DNA of 64,000 nucleotides from Plasmodiophora brassicae (Eukaryota): NCBI GenBank assembly GCA_036867785.1, contig CP145411.1, positions 620,001 to 684,000 of the forward strand, read 5' to 3'. Shown piece by piece: positions 1 to 11,138 of this stretch (position 1 is its first letter; each line of letters starts with the position of its first letter). The notes under the pieces were generated by a model. It saw only the letters and a program-made list of their open reading frames with translations, ran no database searches and was not told where the DNA came from. The position numbers and the translations under genes were made by a program.

Positions 1-1068
1 CTGCACCGACGCCGAAGCCCACGCCAGCACCGACGCCTGCGCCAACGCCTGCACCGACCCCCGCTCCAACACCAGCGCCGACACCTGCACCAACTCCTCA
101 GCCGACGCCACAGCCCACACCGCAACCAACGTAGGATCCGCCTTCTCGTTCCAAATCGTTATATGCTAATAGCTGACACAGGCCGGCGCCGACGTACGCG
201 CCTCCCACAGTGCCGCCTCCTCCAGTCAAGCAGTGCAACGAATCTATTGTCGTAAGTGATGCTCTGTAATTCCATATCTCCTTCTCACTGTGCATTGCTT
301 ACTAGGTGCAACATCCTTGCTTCGAGAGCGAAGTCGTTCTTAAGAAGGTATAGAGTCTCACCGTCAGCTTGATGCATCCTTGTTCATGACATTGCTCTAC
401 AGGTTGTCACTGCCTGTCTGTGCGGTCAGCCGAAGGAGATGATCGACAGCGACCCGCTCTTCGGTGGATTCGTCGAGAACTGCGTTTACGACAAGTCATT
501 GGGCCCTGGCATGGAGAAGTCCGCATCGGTCAACATGATCGCTTACCTCAAGCACAAGACTATGCCTCCTGTGGTCACGTTGAACACTTCTGCCCCTGCG
601 ACGTCGGCCCCTGCAACATCGGCTCCTGCAACGTCGGCTCCTGCAACGTCGGCCCCTGCAACGTCGGCCCCTGGTCCTCAGACGTCGCCCTCTGTTCCGT
701 CGAACTTCTCGGTGACGGCCATCATGCAGCAGCATGTAACGGTGAAGGCTCTCGACATCCCTGCAGGGTCAGGTGTCACATACCAGCTGAAGTACGTGGT
801 GCCACTCGTAACGAGCGCTCCGCTCGTTCCCGCTCTGCAACCGCGCCCGATCAAGTTTACGGGTGCCGCCGCCAAGCCCATGCCGAGCTCGCCGACCACA
901 AGCTCGCCGTCCGAGAGCTCGTCGTCCTCGTCAGCCGATGGCTCCGGCGCCACCGACTCCAACGTCAACCTGGCCAGCAACGTCAAACCAGTAGGCGGCC
1001 ACACCATCACGGACGACCACCTCAAGGTCCGCTTCGACCTTGACGCGCCTATGATTGTCGTCTCGTAA
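1..1068 (+). CDS. 3' part of a Pro/Thr-rich mucin-like protein (5'-truncated, spliced)
   Basis: (PTPA)n repeat exon 1-130; GT-AG introns ~131-181, 252-306 and 348-402; last exon VVTACLCGQPKEMIDSD...MIVVS* ends at 1068. Confidence 0.7.
590..673 (+). repeat. 15-bp coding tandem repeat (APATS x5-6)
   Basis: gcccctgcaacgtcg-type units in tandem. Confidence 0.9.
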
Positions 1069-1206
1069 ACACCAGCAGCAGTAAAACGTCATTATCTGCT
1101 GCTGAGTGAAGCGACTGCCTAGCTGCTCTGCGTGCGTAGCGTTACACGACGGGCTGGTAACAGACCCGGCCGGCCCGGGTCCTGCCAGCTCACACTGCAA
1201 AACGGC

Positions 1207-4200
1207 ATGACGGGAGCTGTGCGCGACGATGTTGTCGAAGGCGGGGTTCGCCGCCACATCGACGGCGTTGTCGACGCCCGTGGGTACCCGGCGCCGCTGC
1301 TGCGAGCTCTAGAGCTGTCAAGGACATCGGCGTCTGGGCCGACTGACGTCACGGTCTCAGATGCCGGTGGAGCTTGCTTGTTCTGGCGGAAGAAATCCAA
1401 GGCGGAGATCCCCATCGTACGATGTGGTCCAGTGTGTTTCTGAGTTTCTGTTAAACCCTGCGTTCAGGAAGATGCAATTGATCCAATTTGGATCCGTCTG
1501 TGGGTCTTCCAAATAGTCGCTTTGATGGACTGGTGAGCGTGCTCGATCGTCTATTACGGATCAGTGCCCCTGAGGTTGACGCAGGTTCCACAGACGAAGC
1601 AATACCATGTCGTTTATTGTCCCGCCTAGCGCCATATTTCGTGGCCACCTTGCCAAAAGTCTTGTCGAGCGGCATAGCACTCGACTGACGATTACTACTG
1701 CTGTGCTCGAAACATTTGCAAGCGTATCGTCTAAGCTGGTCAGCTGGGACGATGACGAATGTCGGTATCGTACATCGCCGCGTTTTGGCTACGTATTTCA
1801 TTTATGGTTGTTGGCAGACGGAGCATATTCTGATTGGTCGGCGCCGGAGCAACTGTTAGGAAGCGGGACATCAACAGGGTTTACGGATCTGTGGAAACTG
1901 GGGTTTGCGATCACCTCTACCTGCGTAATGTGCAACTTACATTGGAAAGGTGCCTTTTGTACGAATTTCATGGTCGCGGCGCTCCGTTCGGTGACGGATC
2001 GCCTGGCGACAGATCCTCGTTCGCGCTATTGATAAGGCAGTTTTCGTAAGTTCCCTACGTCATCGGATGCGAAATTTGGTAACAGCTTCGCAGGACGCTC
2101 GGTACACCGACTCCCGACACCTGGCCTGGGGTTGAGGATCTCCCTGGTTACTCCTCGCGGTTGCCTCATTGGGAGGGGAAAAGAATGCAGAGCGTTACTG
2201 TCCCCGATCAGTGTGCTTTAGACCTTATCCAGGTACGTGAACTATGTCCAGTATGGGAAGGCCACCACTAACTTATGGTTGCATACAGAAACTCCTTGTC
2301 ATCACGCCAACAAAGCGGTTAACCGTCGGCGCTGTTCTTGCCCATTCGTACTTCGATGTTCTTCGTCAAACCCGTGACGGGAGTACAAATCTCTGCAACG
2401 ATGCTAAGCTCACGAATATGGTCATTATGACCCGGCTGCGAGCATCCTTTAAGCGTCAGTACCGCAACCTCGGCCGTGCGAGATGGAGGCGAGAAAAGCA
2501 GGCGAAGAAGCTTGCCAAGAATCGACGTCTGCTCCTAAGCTGGCTGATTGATCTAGCCGAAGAGTTGGCATATTGTTTCATGTCTCGAACTTCGATTATC
2601 TTACGTGAAGCTGTAGTGTCAAACTAGGCTGCACGCCTATGTTTACTTGCGCATATCTTTTCGACAGCCTAGGCGATGACAAGAGATCAAGCGACCCCCA
2701 ACTTGACGGTGAAACATGTTTGCTACTCTCAACCAAACTGTCAAGCCACTCGCCTCCGCTGACCATTGCCGATTTGTCGTCATACGCGTGCGATCGTCTG
2801 ACGTGTCAAGACATCCAGCAACGCGAAGTAGCAATCATCAACTCTTGTCGCTGCCATTTCCCTTACGTGACGCCTTTGAACTACCTGCGATATTTCCATG
2901 CGATTACATCGACGACTTGCTCCGTGTCCCGCGACCTATCCTTATACTTCTTGCAGCTGTCTATGGTTCAGTCGCATCTCTTGAATTACTGGCGCAATTG
3001 CTAACCGCTTTATCAGGTCGACGGGCCCGATCCGTTCGGCGACGATCCAGAACTGATTGCGCTTGCCATTATGTGTACCATTCGACAATTGTCTCAGCTT
3101 CCTTCTGACAGCATGGTATGTGCGCGACTGACTCTTGCCTCTTTCCTGGAACTGATGTTCAGAAGAGTGATGTTTTGGATCCGTACATCAAAGAGTACGA
3201 AGACTGTTCGCCCGGCCGGCTCACAGGCAGGTGTGAGGCACGACGATCGGGAAACGAGCAAAGCAGTTGTTCTATGCCCGATAGCTCAGCGATGATCGTC
3301 AAAGATCAATCGGTCGCGGTCTGCATATCACACCTCCTCAAGCTCCATGAACTTGCGCATTCCGATAGTGGGCGGTACGACCTTTATGCCGTGAAAGTAT
3401 GTCCCCCATCGCTCAGGGTAGGTTCGCATCCGACCTCTCATGCTCGTTGATTGCTCAGGCTCGGTTTCCCAATGTTTCGAGAGAGATAGCCACCCCAAGA
3501 TCTGCAATGCGTACGTGTGCACAATATTCATTGTGCTTGTCTTCAATAACTCTTGTCTCCAGCTATGTATGCGATACTGGCAGAAGTGGATCCTTTGGGG
3601 CAGTTGCCGACAGCGCTGATGGTTGAAGTGAGCCGCCCCTGGGCCAGAGTGCTTATTGTCGTGCGCCATCTCAAACTGAAAGTAGATATGCCGCATGCTG
3701 AGCCCAGTAGACCTTGCCAAAACGTCGCTAGTGTCACAGTCGTGGAAAGACTTATCGTTCAAGGCGTCGCTCTGGAAGCACGTTGATATTGGTTCGTGCA
3801 TTGCGTCTGAGGTTACCAATTCCTGATGCTGCAATATCACATAGGAGGGATCCATAATCATTTCATGAAGACGGTTAACAACAGCGGCCAATTTGGGGTC
3901 CTCGCAGCTCATCGATGCCCACTTCTCGAGTATTTATGTCTCTCTGAGACGGCAGTATCGGTCCCGTGTCTTTCGGCTGTGCTTAAATCGTGTCCCCGTG
4001 TCCATACTCTCATTCTGGAGAAGTGCACGTTTGTGGACGGTGCAGGCGAACTCCCAGGTCCTGCAGTTCCTTCCTGTTTTATGGCAGCCTCTAAATACTG
4101 ATTGTAGAGTTTAACCCGCATACCGCGATGAGACGGCTGGACCTCCGTCGCTTGAGGACAAACTCCTCTGTCATAGTCTTAGCTCTTCTCAGGGCGTGCT

Positions 4201-4881
4201 CGCGTTTGTTTCATTTGGATCTGAGCTCGACTGAATATGACCTATCTGACGCTGTCCTCGTCGCTCGTGCAAACGTAAAATCAATAGATCTCACTGCCTG
4301 CACCTGGGTAAATGATGACCTTGTTTCCCGTGAGATTATTCCCCTTCCAATCGCTGGTACTGCGTTCTGATTGTGAAGATGCAGGGATCAGTGGGCTTCG
4401 TTCATGCTACCTGGATATGTGTCGGTATGTCTCCGATCTTGGTATCATCCCCCTCGTGACGGCATCCGAATCACTTCTGGAGCTCGAGTTATGCTACATG
4501 CCGCGCCTGACCGATCGCTCGCTCCTCGCCCTTTCTCGATCGTGCTTGCAGTTGCAAACGTTGGAACTGTCGTTCGGGAACTTCTCGGACGAAGCTATTG
4601 CGACGATTGCCTCCTTGTCCCAGCTGAGAAAGCTTGCCCTGTGCCGCATATCAAGTATCACAGACTCATCAGTCACCCGGATAGCCCAAGGTTGCACGCT
4701 GCTGCAGGACCTTAATCTTCGGATGTGTGAGGGCGTTACGAGTGTATCGTTGTTCGCCATCCTGGGCCATTGTCATCGACTTCAGCAACTGCACGTGTTC
4801 ACCTGCCCGGACGAGTTGGCTGACAAATTTCGTCAACGCAACGTCATTGTAGTAACGCGCAAGTACTATGAATACCAATAA
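1207..4881 (+). CDS. Multi-exon fusion: degenerate CDK-like kinase C-lobe + cyclin + F-box + LRRs
   Basis: CDK motifs WSAPEQLLG, TDLWKLG, TLGTPTPDTWPGVEDLPGY, KLLVITPTKRLT..LAHSYFD; cyclin box RRLLLSWLIDLAE..TCLLLSTKL..PPLTIADL..VTPLNYLRYF; F-box LGQLPTALMVE/ICRMLSPVDLAKTSLVSQSWKDLSFKASLW; AMN1/FBXL-type LRRs to 4881. Junctions from kinase C-terminus to first LRR exon are phase-consistent. Confidence 0.75.
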
Positions 4882-4919
4882 CGGCCGCATATATTGTCAG
4901 ATTTCGCGAGGTTTCGTAA

Positions 4920-5774
4920 TCAGTAGTAGCCGTCGTCATCGTCGACATCACTGCTGTGCCAGAGGGTGGACGTCAGTACTGATATGTCGCGTTCGTCCAG
5001 AGACTCCAGGAGCAGACTCAGCATTTCCAGAGCCTGGTCCAGCTGATCCCTGGTTCGCCGACTGCGAAGCCGGTGACGCGTGGGTGGCTTCGTATGCTTA
5101 TACATGCAATGCGTTTGCGCTCGGCACTCGCCACCACCTCTCTCATACTTGCACGGTATCATCTTCAACTTCTCGACGTATCGGTCAATCAGCTCCCGTT
5201 TCGCATCACCCGTCACATAAAACATCGACGGAATCACAAACGGTGACGTAGTCCGACACAGAGGGCACTGGCGATACAGTCCGGTCCCCTCTCTGCGGTC
5301 CGGATCACGAGTCGATCTCCACTTCCGAATACAGTCGAGACCTGCAACGCCGCTTGAGAAACAGCGAACGAGAACCTATATGACGAGCTTACAGAAAATA
5401 TGATCGCAGTGGGTGAGGAGGCCGATTCGCTGATGCGCGATAGTGTCGAAGCAGATTGCGCATTCTAAAGAGACAGAGGTGGCAGCCGGGGGCCCATTAC
5501 AGGTGGAGACATGCTGCTCGGCAGCAGCCGTGTTAAATGGATGCAAGGCAGGCAGGAAACAGATTGGGCACATCTCGCCATGAACGCGTTTGCATTGCTG
5601 TCCAAACGAGCATTGTCCAGCGAGCTGAAATTGGCGATCAAAACCATGAGTTAACAGGACCATCAAGGTCGAGGGCATACGAACATTGAATGGACAAATC
5701 TCGGCCTGTCGAGCATCATGTTTGAATGGGCATGCGTCCCCATTGCGGCACTTGCCTGCGAATCGACACAGCAT
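4920..5774 (-). CDS. MKRN: Makorin-like CCCH zinc finger / RING E3 ligase
   Basis: CCCH fingers (CRFAGKCRNGDACPFKH), makorin Cys-His motif (HGEMCPIC..LHPF), RING (CAICFD..GLLTHCDHIFC), C-terminal IPCKY..CMYKH. Confidence 0.85.
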
Positions 5775-6059
5775 GGCGAACGGGCGATGCTGCGCACGGC
5801 GACGACGGCGGTCCGATGCCGCACTTCGACGCTCGTCGTCCCCGAATAGCGACGGACTATTCCGACGGTCAGCTCGGCGCCCACTTGGCCCTTGCCGCTG
5901 CATTCCGCCGGGACGCACTCCGCAACGCCGTGCCGTGCCGCCGGTAGACGATTTGTCAAGTTGCAGATCAAACCACCTCCGGCTGGTAGTTTACGCTGAT
6001 CAACCCAACCCCCTTGGTTCGAGAAGGCATTCCTCGGGTGGCCCCTTGCGAGCCATTAT

Positions 6060-6345
6060 CATAATACAGCACCCCCGGACAACGTATACTTAGCACCATT
6101 CCATACTGTGGCGAAGCAACAGGTGCTGATGACGGGCCGACAAGCGATACGGCGAAGGGCGGACGCGTGAGATCGGACATGGAGCATTTCATTGTACCGA
6201 TAACAAACGTGTAGTGATACCTGGTATCCGTCAAGTAGTATGGCCCAGGCGACCACCGTTCCGTTGAGATCGATGGTAGGCGTCGCTGAGTGAGGTCTGC
6301 ACTCAACGCCTTGTAATCTTCCCAGAGTTCGCGCATACTTACCAC
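6060..6345 (-). mobile_element. Possible decayed PIF/Harbinger transposase fragment
   Basis: Frameshifted LNGTVV / PYYLTDTRY..FV / FATVWNGAK resembles the NG...YYLADGIYP...FA..QE.ARK region of Harbinger DDE nucleases. Confidence 0.3.
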
Positions 6346-6805
6346 ATAGCATACGTCACCCGTATCTAGAATGCGTCACCGTTCTAGAACGCGGCCGGTG
6401 ATGGGTCCGGTGCGGCCTCCAGATCCTTGCACACGTTCTTAAAGGGCAGTGCGTCGGAGATACAGGCCGTGCGGGTCCATATCCTGGTGGTTTGGCAGCG
6501 CGCCTTCAAACGATTCGGCGGCACGGTACGGTACGCACGACCGCGGTCGCGTGGCAGAACATTCCGCCGAATCCATTATCGGGTGTGTGACGTGGGAGCA
6601 GTGCCGCGCGCCACTGTACGCGAGCTAAGATTAGGTCACCCAGTCAGTGTGTTAACACGTTCCCCGAGGGCGCGACACGATTCTACTGATCGGGTGCGGT
6701 GCGGCGGAGGTCACGAAGCTAAATCGATTCACGACGGTGTCAGCGTGCGAGGGTGACGCGGAAGCATGGGGCGCGTCTAAGCATGTGGGAGCGACAAGCG
6801 TCGCC

Positions 6806-7861
6806 ATGGGCGGTCTCGAGGTGACGATCATGGTCGGTGCGACCGATCTCGTTGTGATCAGCGCGCGCGTCAAGCCGGCGGCTAAGTCGGCGACGCTCGT
6901 CGACCATCTCATTGCAAGCGGTGCGCTTTCCGCCTGTATGGCGCCTCTGTCGCCCGCCAAGTTCCATGGCCGTCGCATCGATGGCTCGGAGGCTGGGCTG
7001 TCTGGCGCTTACGCCCTGAACACATCCGTCAACTGCGATTGCGATCCTGAATGGGTATTCAAGCCGCGAAGCGAGGAGGCGCAGAAAGCGGGCCAAGCGT
7101 TGAAGTCAGGCGCGGCTCGTGGGGAATCCTGTTCGAAAGAAGTTGCCGCATTCCTCGTGGATCATGGTGGATTCGCTGGCGTCCCAGAGACGCGTGCCCT
7201 GGTTGCGGATGTCCAGCTCCCTGATCGGCATATGAAGGAGTTCGGCAGCCTGCAACGGTACGTCGACCATGAAGGTTCCTGTGAGGAGTTCGGCACGGGC
7301 CTGTTCGACGCTGATAACATTCATCGCATCGGCCTGCTCGACCTGCGCATCGCCAACATGGACAGGCATGAAGGAAACCTGCTGTTGTCGCGTGAAGTAG
7401 GCGGCCTCCATCGGCTGATTCCGATCGATCACGGCTATTGCCTGCCCAGCTGGCGGCAGCTCGACGACATCTATTTCTGCTGGTCATCGTGGCGTCAAGC
7501 GTCGGTGCCGTTCTCAGAAGAGACCCGGTGCTATGTCGCGTCTTTGCAGCCGATTAGGGACATTCCCGTTCTGATTGCGGCCGGCGTCCAGCACGAAAGC
7601 ATCGTCACCTACGTGCTGTGCTCGTTCTTTGTGCAGCAAGCCGTCGCTCAAGGTCGTACACTTGCACAGATCGCTGATGCTATGCAGCGCAAGGACGCGC
7701 ATGTGGAATCGGATTTCGAGCTTCTTGTTCGAGAGGCAGCTGCGCGTACAGGTTTCGACAAGGTGCATCTGACGTCAACTTCTCACTGGGGTCTACCCAT
7801 TGTGGCATCGTTCCTGAAGGCGTTCCTGTCTTTGGCCCACGGATTGCTGTCCCCGAAGTGA
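6806..7861 (+). CDS. Phosphatidylinositol 4-kinase type II/gamma-like (intronless)
   Basis: VFKPRSEE, EVAAFLVDHGGFAGVPET, GSLQRYV, IHRIGLLDLRIANMDRHEGNLL, IPIDHGYCLP. Confidence 0.9.
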   Translation: MGGLEVTIMVGATDLVVISARVKPAAKSATLVDHLIASGALSACMAPLSPAKFHGRRIDGSEAGLSGAYALNTSVNCDCDPEWVFKPRSEEAQKAGQALKSGAARGESCSKEVAAFLVDHGGFAGVPETRALVADVQLPDRHMKEFGSLQRYVDHEGSCEEFGTGLFDADNIHRIGLLDLRIANMDRHEGNLLLSREVGGLHRLIPIDHGYCLPSWRQLDDIYFCWSSWRQASVPFSEETRCYVASLQPIRDIPVLIAAGVQHESIVTYVLCSFFVQQAVAQGRTLAQIADAMQRKDAHVESDFELLVREAAARTGFDKVHLTSTSHWGLPIVASFLKAFLSLAHGLLSPK

Positions 7862-8067
7862 TGTGCGCTCTCAGACCTTCCCGTTCACCTACTTCTATAA
7901 ACAGTCTGTCGTGTGACCCACTGACACTTCATCCTTCAAGTTGAGACGTAGCCGTATTTGTTCGAGACACGTGGTGACCTGAGCGGTGAACAGACCGTAA
8001 AAGCAGGTGTTTATTGTTGGGATACCGTCACACGTGGGCGACCATTCGCTAGAGGAAAAGGAAGGTT

Positions 8068-8763
8068 TCACGGCCCGGTGCATGTCTGCGTCTTCTGTGA
8101 CAGGATAATGGCAACGATGAGACCGTATAGGCCCAGCGCTTCGGCGAAGATCAGGATCAGGATCATCGACACGTACAGACGGGGTTGCTACAGATGTCAT
8201 TTAGACGCGCAGTTGGCTACCTGGATGATAGCATACCTGTCCGTTCGCTCGAACACCTGCGTCGCCAACAACGCCGATAGCGAGGCCAGCAGCCAGCGAC
8301 GAGAGGCCACATGACAGTCCGGACGCCAGATGAGCGAAACCAGTGTACAGCGAGTACCCAGACGTCGTCACTACAACCATCAATGTCAGAACGAAAGTTG
8401 CCGTTAAAACTTGTCTACGACATTACCATTCTGGATCAGGATCACACCAACGATGAGGCCGTAAATTCCTTCGACGAGTTTCAGAGCTGGGGACGAGCCA
8501 CGTCACTGCTATTCTTACCCAGGATACCAGCCATGATAATTGGGATGATGTTACGAATAACCATGTGAGGATTCATGACACCCATGGAAGATAACCCAAC
8601 GCCACTCTTTGCCGTCCCGTACGCGGACCCGAGATCTTCAAACGACGTTCAGATGGAATGCAAGGACGGGCTTACGCAAAACCGTACTCGAGAATACCAG
8701 CGCAGCCGTTACGCCCATGAACCCGAAGAACGGCGCTGCCTCATTACAGGTCGGTGCAAGCAT
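8068..8763 (-). CDS. VMA3: V-type ATPase proteolipid subunit c (spliced)
   Basis: [77 protein letters not shown]. Confidence 0.95.
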
Positions 8764-8877
8764 GACGGACAGCATCGTGACCGTCGACCTCTCGATGACA
8801 CGCGCCAACGACACGCAAAAACCCGTTCTGACAAAGTCGGGAACGTATTACCAAAAAAGGTCGCCTTGGCAACCGAG

Positions 8878-8919
8878 CCACGAGCCCACGACCACGACCC
8901 ACGAGCCCACGACCACGAC
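8878..8919. repeat. 21-bp tandem duplication upstream of V-ATPase c
   Basis: ccacgagcccacgaccacgac x2. Confidence 0.8.
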
Positions 8920-9480
8920 CGAGCGGCCAGCATACGGGCGTGGAGTTTGTTCGCCCATCGACTCTTTATAGGAGTGCACTGTCCCGATCAGGGGCGTCCA
9001 AACCTCAATGCGCCTGCGTGCCTCATAGTTAGCCACTACCACGTGCTGTCGCAGATGAGGTGAACGAAAACGTGAGCAGTCAGCGGGGCCAGAACGTTCG
9101 TCCCTGAAGGGCAGCCATGTAAAGGAGGGATATATTGTCAGCAGCATCTCGTTCCCTACAACGATCAGCGTGCTGCTGAGTTTCGGATGAGTCGGTTCCA
9201 ATCAACTCGCCGGGCCCCGACGTTGTAGACGTCTTCCATTTGGCATTTACGCACGATGCGGAGCCCTTGGAGGCGAAGCAGGGTAACTAAAGGGAAACCG
9301 GCAGCACCTGCGCCGCAGACGCCAACTACTAGCACTTCCGCAACGATTGTCATGATGACATACGGACGAGTGGAGGCGCTCCTGACCAGTGACCAGCCAC
9401 GTCCTTGTGACTTCGTACCGTTGCGCGAAGTCGACTGGGTCAGCTCCGGTCTGGGATTATGCTGACAGGGACCAGCCGCC

Positions 9481-9647
9481 TGTTGGATGACGATTCTATA
9501 GAATGATAGGCCGTCTATATGGACCGACGCCCTAACACTTCTGCACCAGGTCCGTACGGCATCCGCCACGGCGTTGGCTCGGCAGCTGGTCGGGGAAATA
9601 AACGACTCTTCATTCTTGCCCACCAGCCACCGGACAGTCGTCTATCA
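9481..9647 (+). mobile_element. Putative 5' LTR of Copia element
   Basis: TGTTGGA...TCTATCA termini, internal TATA-like sequence and AATAAA, followed immediately by GGTTATG (start of the copia-type half-tRNA-iMet PBS). Confidence 0.55.
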
Positions 9648-10620
9648 GGTTATGACCAAGGACATTGGAACCGATGGAGGAGTACCCGTGATGGGCCGCC
9701 CTTCTTCTTCTACTGCACCCATCACGGGTACTCCTCCATCGGTTCCAATGTCCTTGGACCTGACCACCGACGCTGGCGGTCGCGGTGTTGCTCTGCAACA
9801 ACTCGCTCCGTCCGTGTCTGGAACGGCAGTCGCGTCGAATTCCTCGTCGTCGACTGATTCACCACCCTCCTACGAGGCACTGTTTGCCATGTGTCAGCAG
9901 ATGCACTCGCAGGTGCAAACGCTGCAGCAGGAGAACCGGGATCTCAAAGCCCACCTCCAAGCTCAACAGTCCAACCACAACGGTGAGCTACAGAGCCCAC
10001 GGGCCCAGCAAACCGTTTCCACCGTGGATCCGTCTGTTGACTGGACCAAACCGGTGAAGACACCTGACCCTCTGCCTCTGGCGGATCGTCTCAGGGGTGT
10101 GGAGAACTTCCACGCGTGGTCGAAGCGCATTCACAATGCGCTCAAGCAGACCTGCCTGTCGGCATTCCTGACTGGCGCGGCCACGTGCCCAGCCAAACTC
10201 CCTGGCGCTGACAGATGTCAATGTCCTGAGTCAGCTTTGACCCAGTTCCACCAGGCCGATCGGGCCGTCACTGGCTACGTCTGTAACCAGATCGTTGACC
10301 TGCTGTCCCCAGACAGCACGCAATTCGATTCGGCTGACGCGCAACGCGACAGTGATCTTAGTGGGAGATCGCGTAAATGTATCTTCCTCGGATACGACGA
10401 ACAAAGCTCAGGATATGTCCTTTATGATCCCTCGGAACATAAGTTCTTCCCCACCAACCGAGATGTCTACTTCAACGAGGACGAATTCCCGTTTAGACAT
10501 ATGGATCGTTCCGACCCGCTGTTCGATTGGGAACAAGAGGATCCGCGAGACACTTCGTATGTCCCGGACATCCTGTCGGAAGGGACAGACAGCCTCGACG
10601 CCATGCGACTCGGAGGATGA
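9648..10620 (+). mobile_element. Internally deleted Ty1/Copia retrotransposon (gag N-terminus fused to integrase C-terminus)
   Basis: LRGVENFHAWSKRIHNAL (copia gag) and RSRKCIFLGYDEQSSGYVLYDP..RDVYFNEDEFP (post-integrase SH3 region); protease, core integrase and RT absent. Confidence 0.85.
9656..9757. repeat. Perfect 40-bp inverted repeat with 22-nt loop
   Basis: 9656-9695 ccaaggacattgg...gtgatggg is the exact reverse complement of 9718-9757. Confidence 0.95.
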
Positions 10621-10664
10621 GGTTCGTGTTTACACCTGCGCAGACCCGCGCAGAAGCGTGCCTC

Positions 10665-10910
10665 ACCAGTCGGATTCACCAAGAGTCCATCGGCGCCGGA
10701 AACAACATTGTGTGCGTCTAACAATGCCGATCGCACCTGTATTCAGTCGACGATGACCGCGTCGCCATGCACACTGTTCCTCAACCATCCGGCCGGGACT
10801 CCGAAGATGCACTGAAAAACGCCCAGCTACCTGTAGCATTCCTGACGGCGGACGATTCAGCCGCGGGCCGGCTTGCACCGGTCTCTGCTCAGTGTGTCGG
10901 GCATCGGGCC
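10665..10910 (+). pseudogene. Degraded paralogous copy of the 3' part of the 11139-12407 gene
   Basis: Shared blocks with 12070-12392 (catcggcgccggaaac, tgcgtctaacaatgccga, tcgccatgcacac, ccatccggcc, tagcattcctgacggc, ggcatcggg) with indels. Confidence 0.75.
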
Positions 10911-11138
10911 ACCCAGATCGTGGTGCGAAACCAGTCGGACTAAAAGCGTTTGCGACCGTGGTCGTAGCAAAGCAGGCACCATCATCCAGCATCCCGCGAC
11001 TCAGGAGGTGCGTCGCTGTGGCTTGCGGCGTTCGTTCCTCGGACTTCAACGGACACGCAGCAGCTACCTACCCGCTGCTGTTGGAGGAGGAGGATCCGCA
11101 GTCGCACTTTTGCTGCCGGGTACAGCACGTCTCGCACA

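Noticed and set aside
1-130. Short regularly spaced repeats resembling a CRISPR array
   Set aside because: 12-bp coding repeats (PTPA) with no unique spacers; eukaryotic context and no cas genes
6350-6400. Duplicated cgtcacc..tctagaa with gttctagaac palindrome as a Helitron 3' end
   Set aside because: No clear GC-rich hairpin at the right distance and no linked Helitron sequence
9060-9480. Minus-strand ankyrin-like fragment (DNISLLYMAALQG)
   Set aside because: Single weak motif in broken frames
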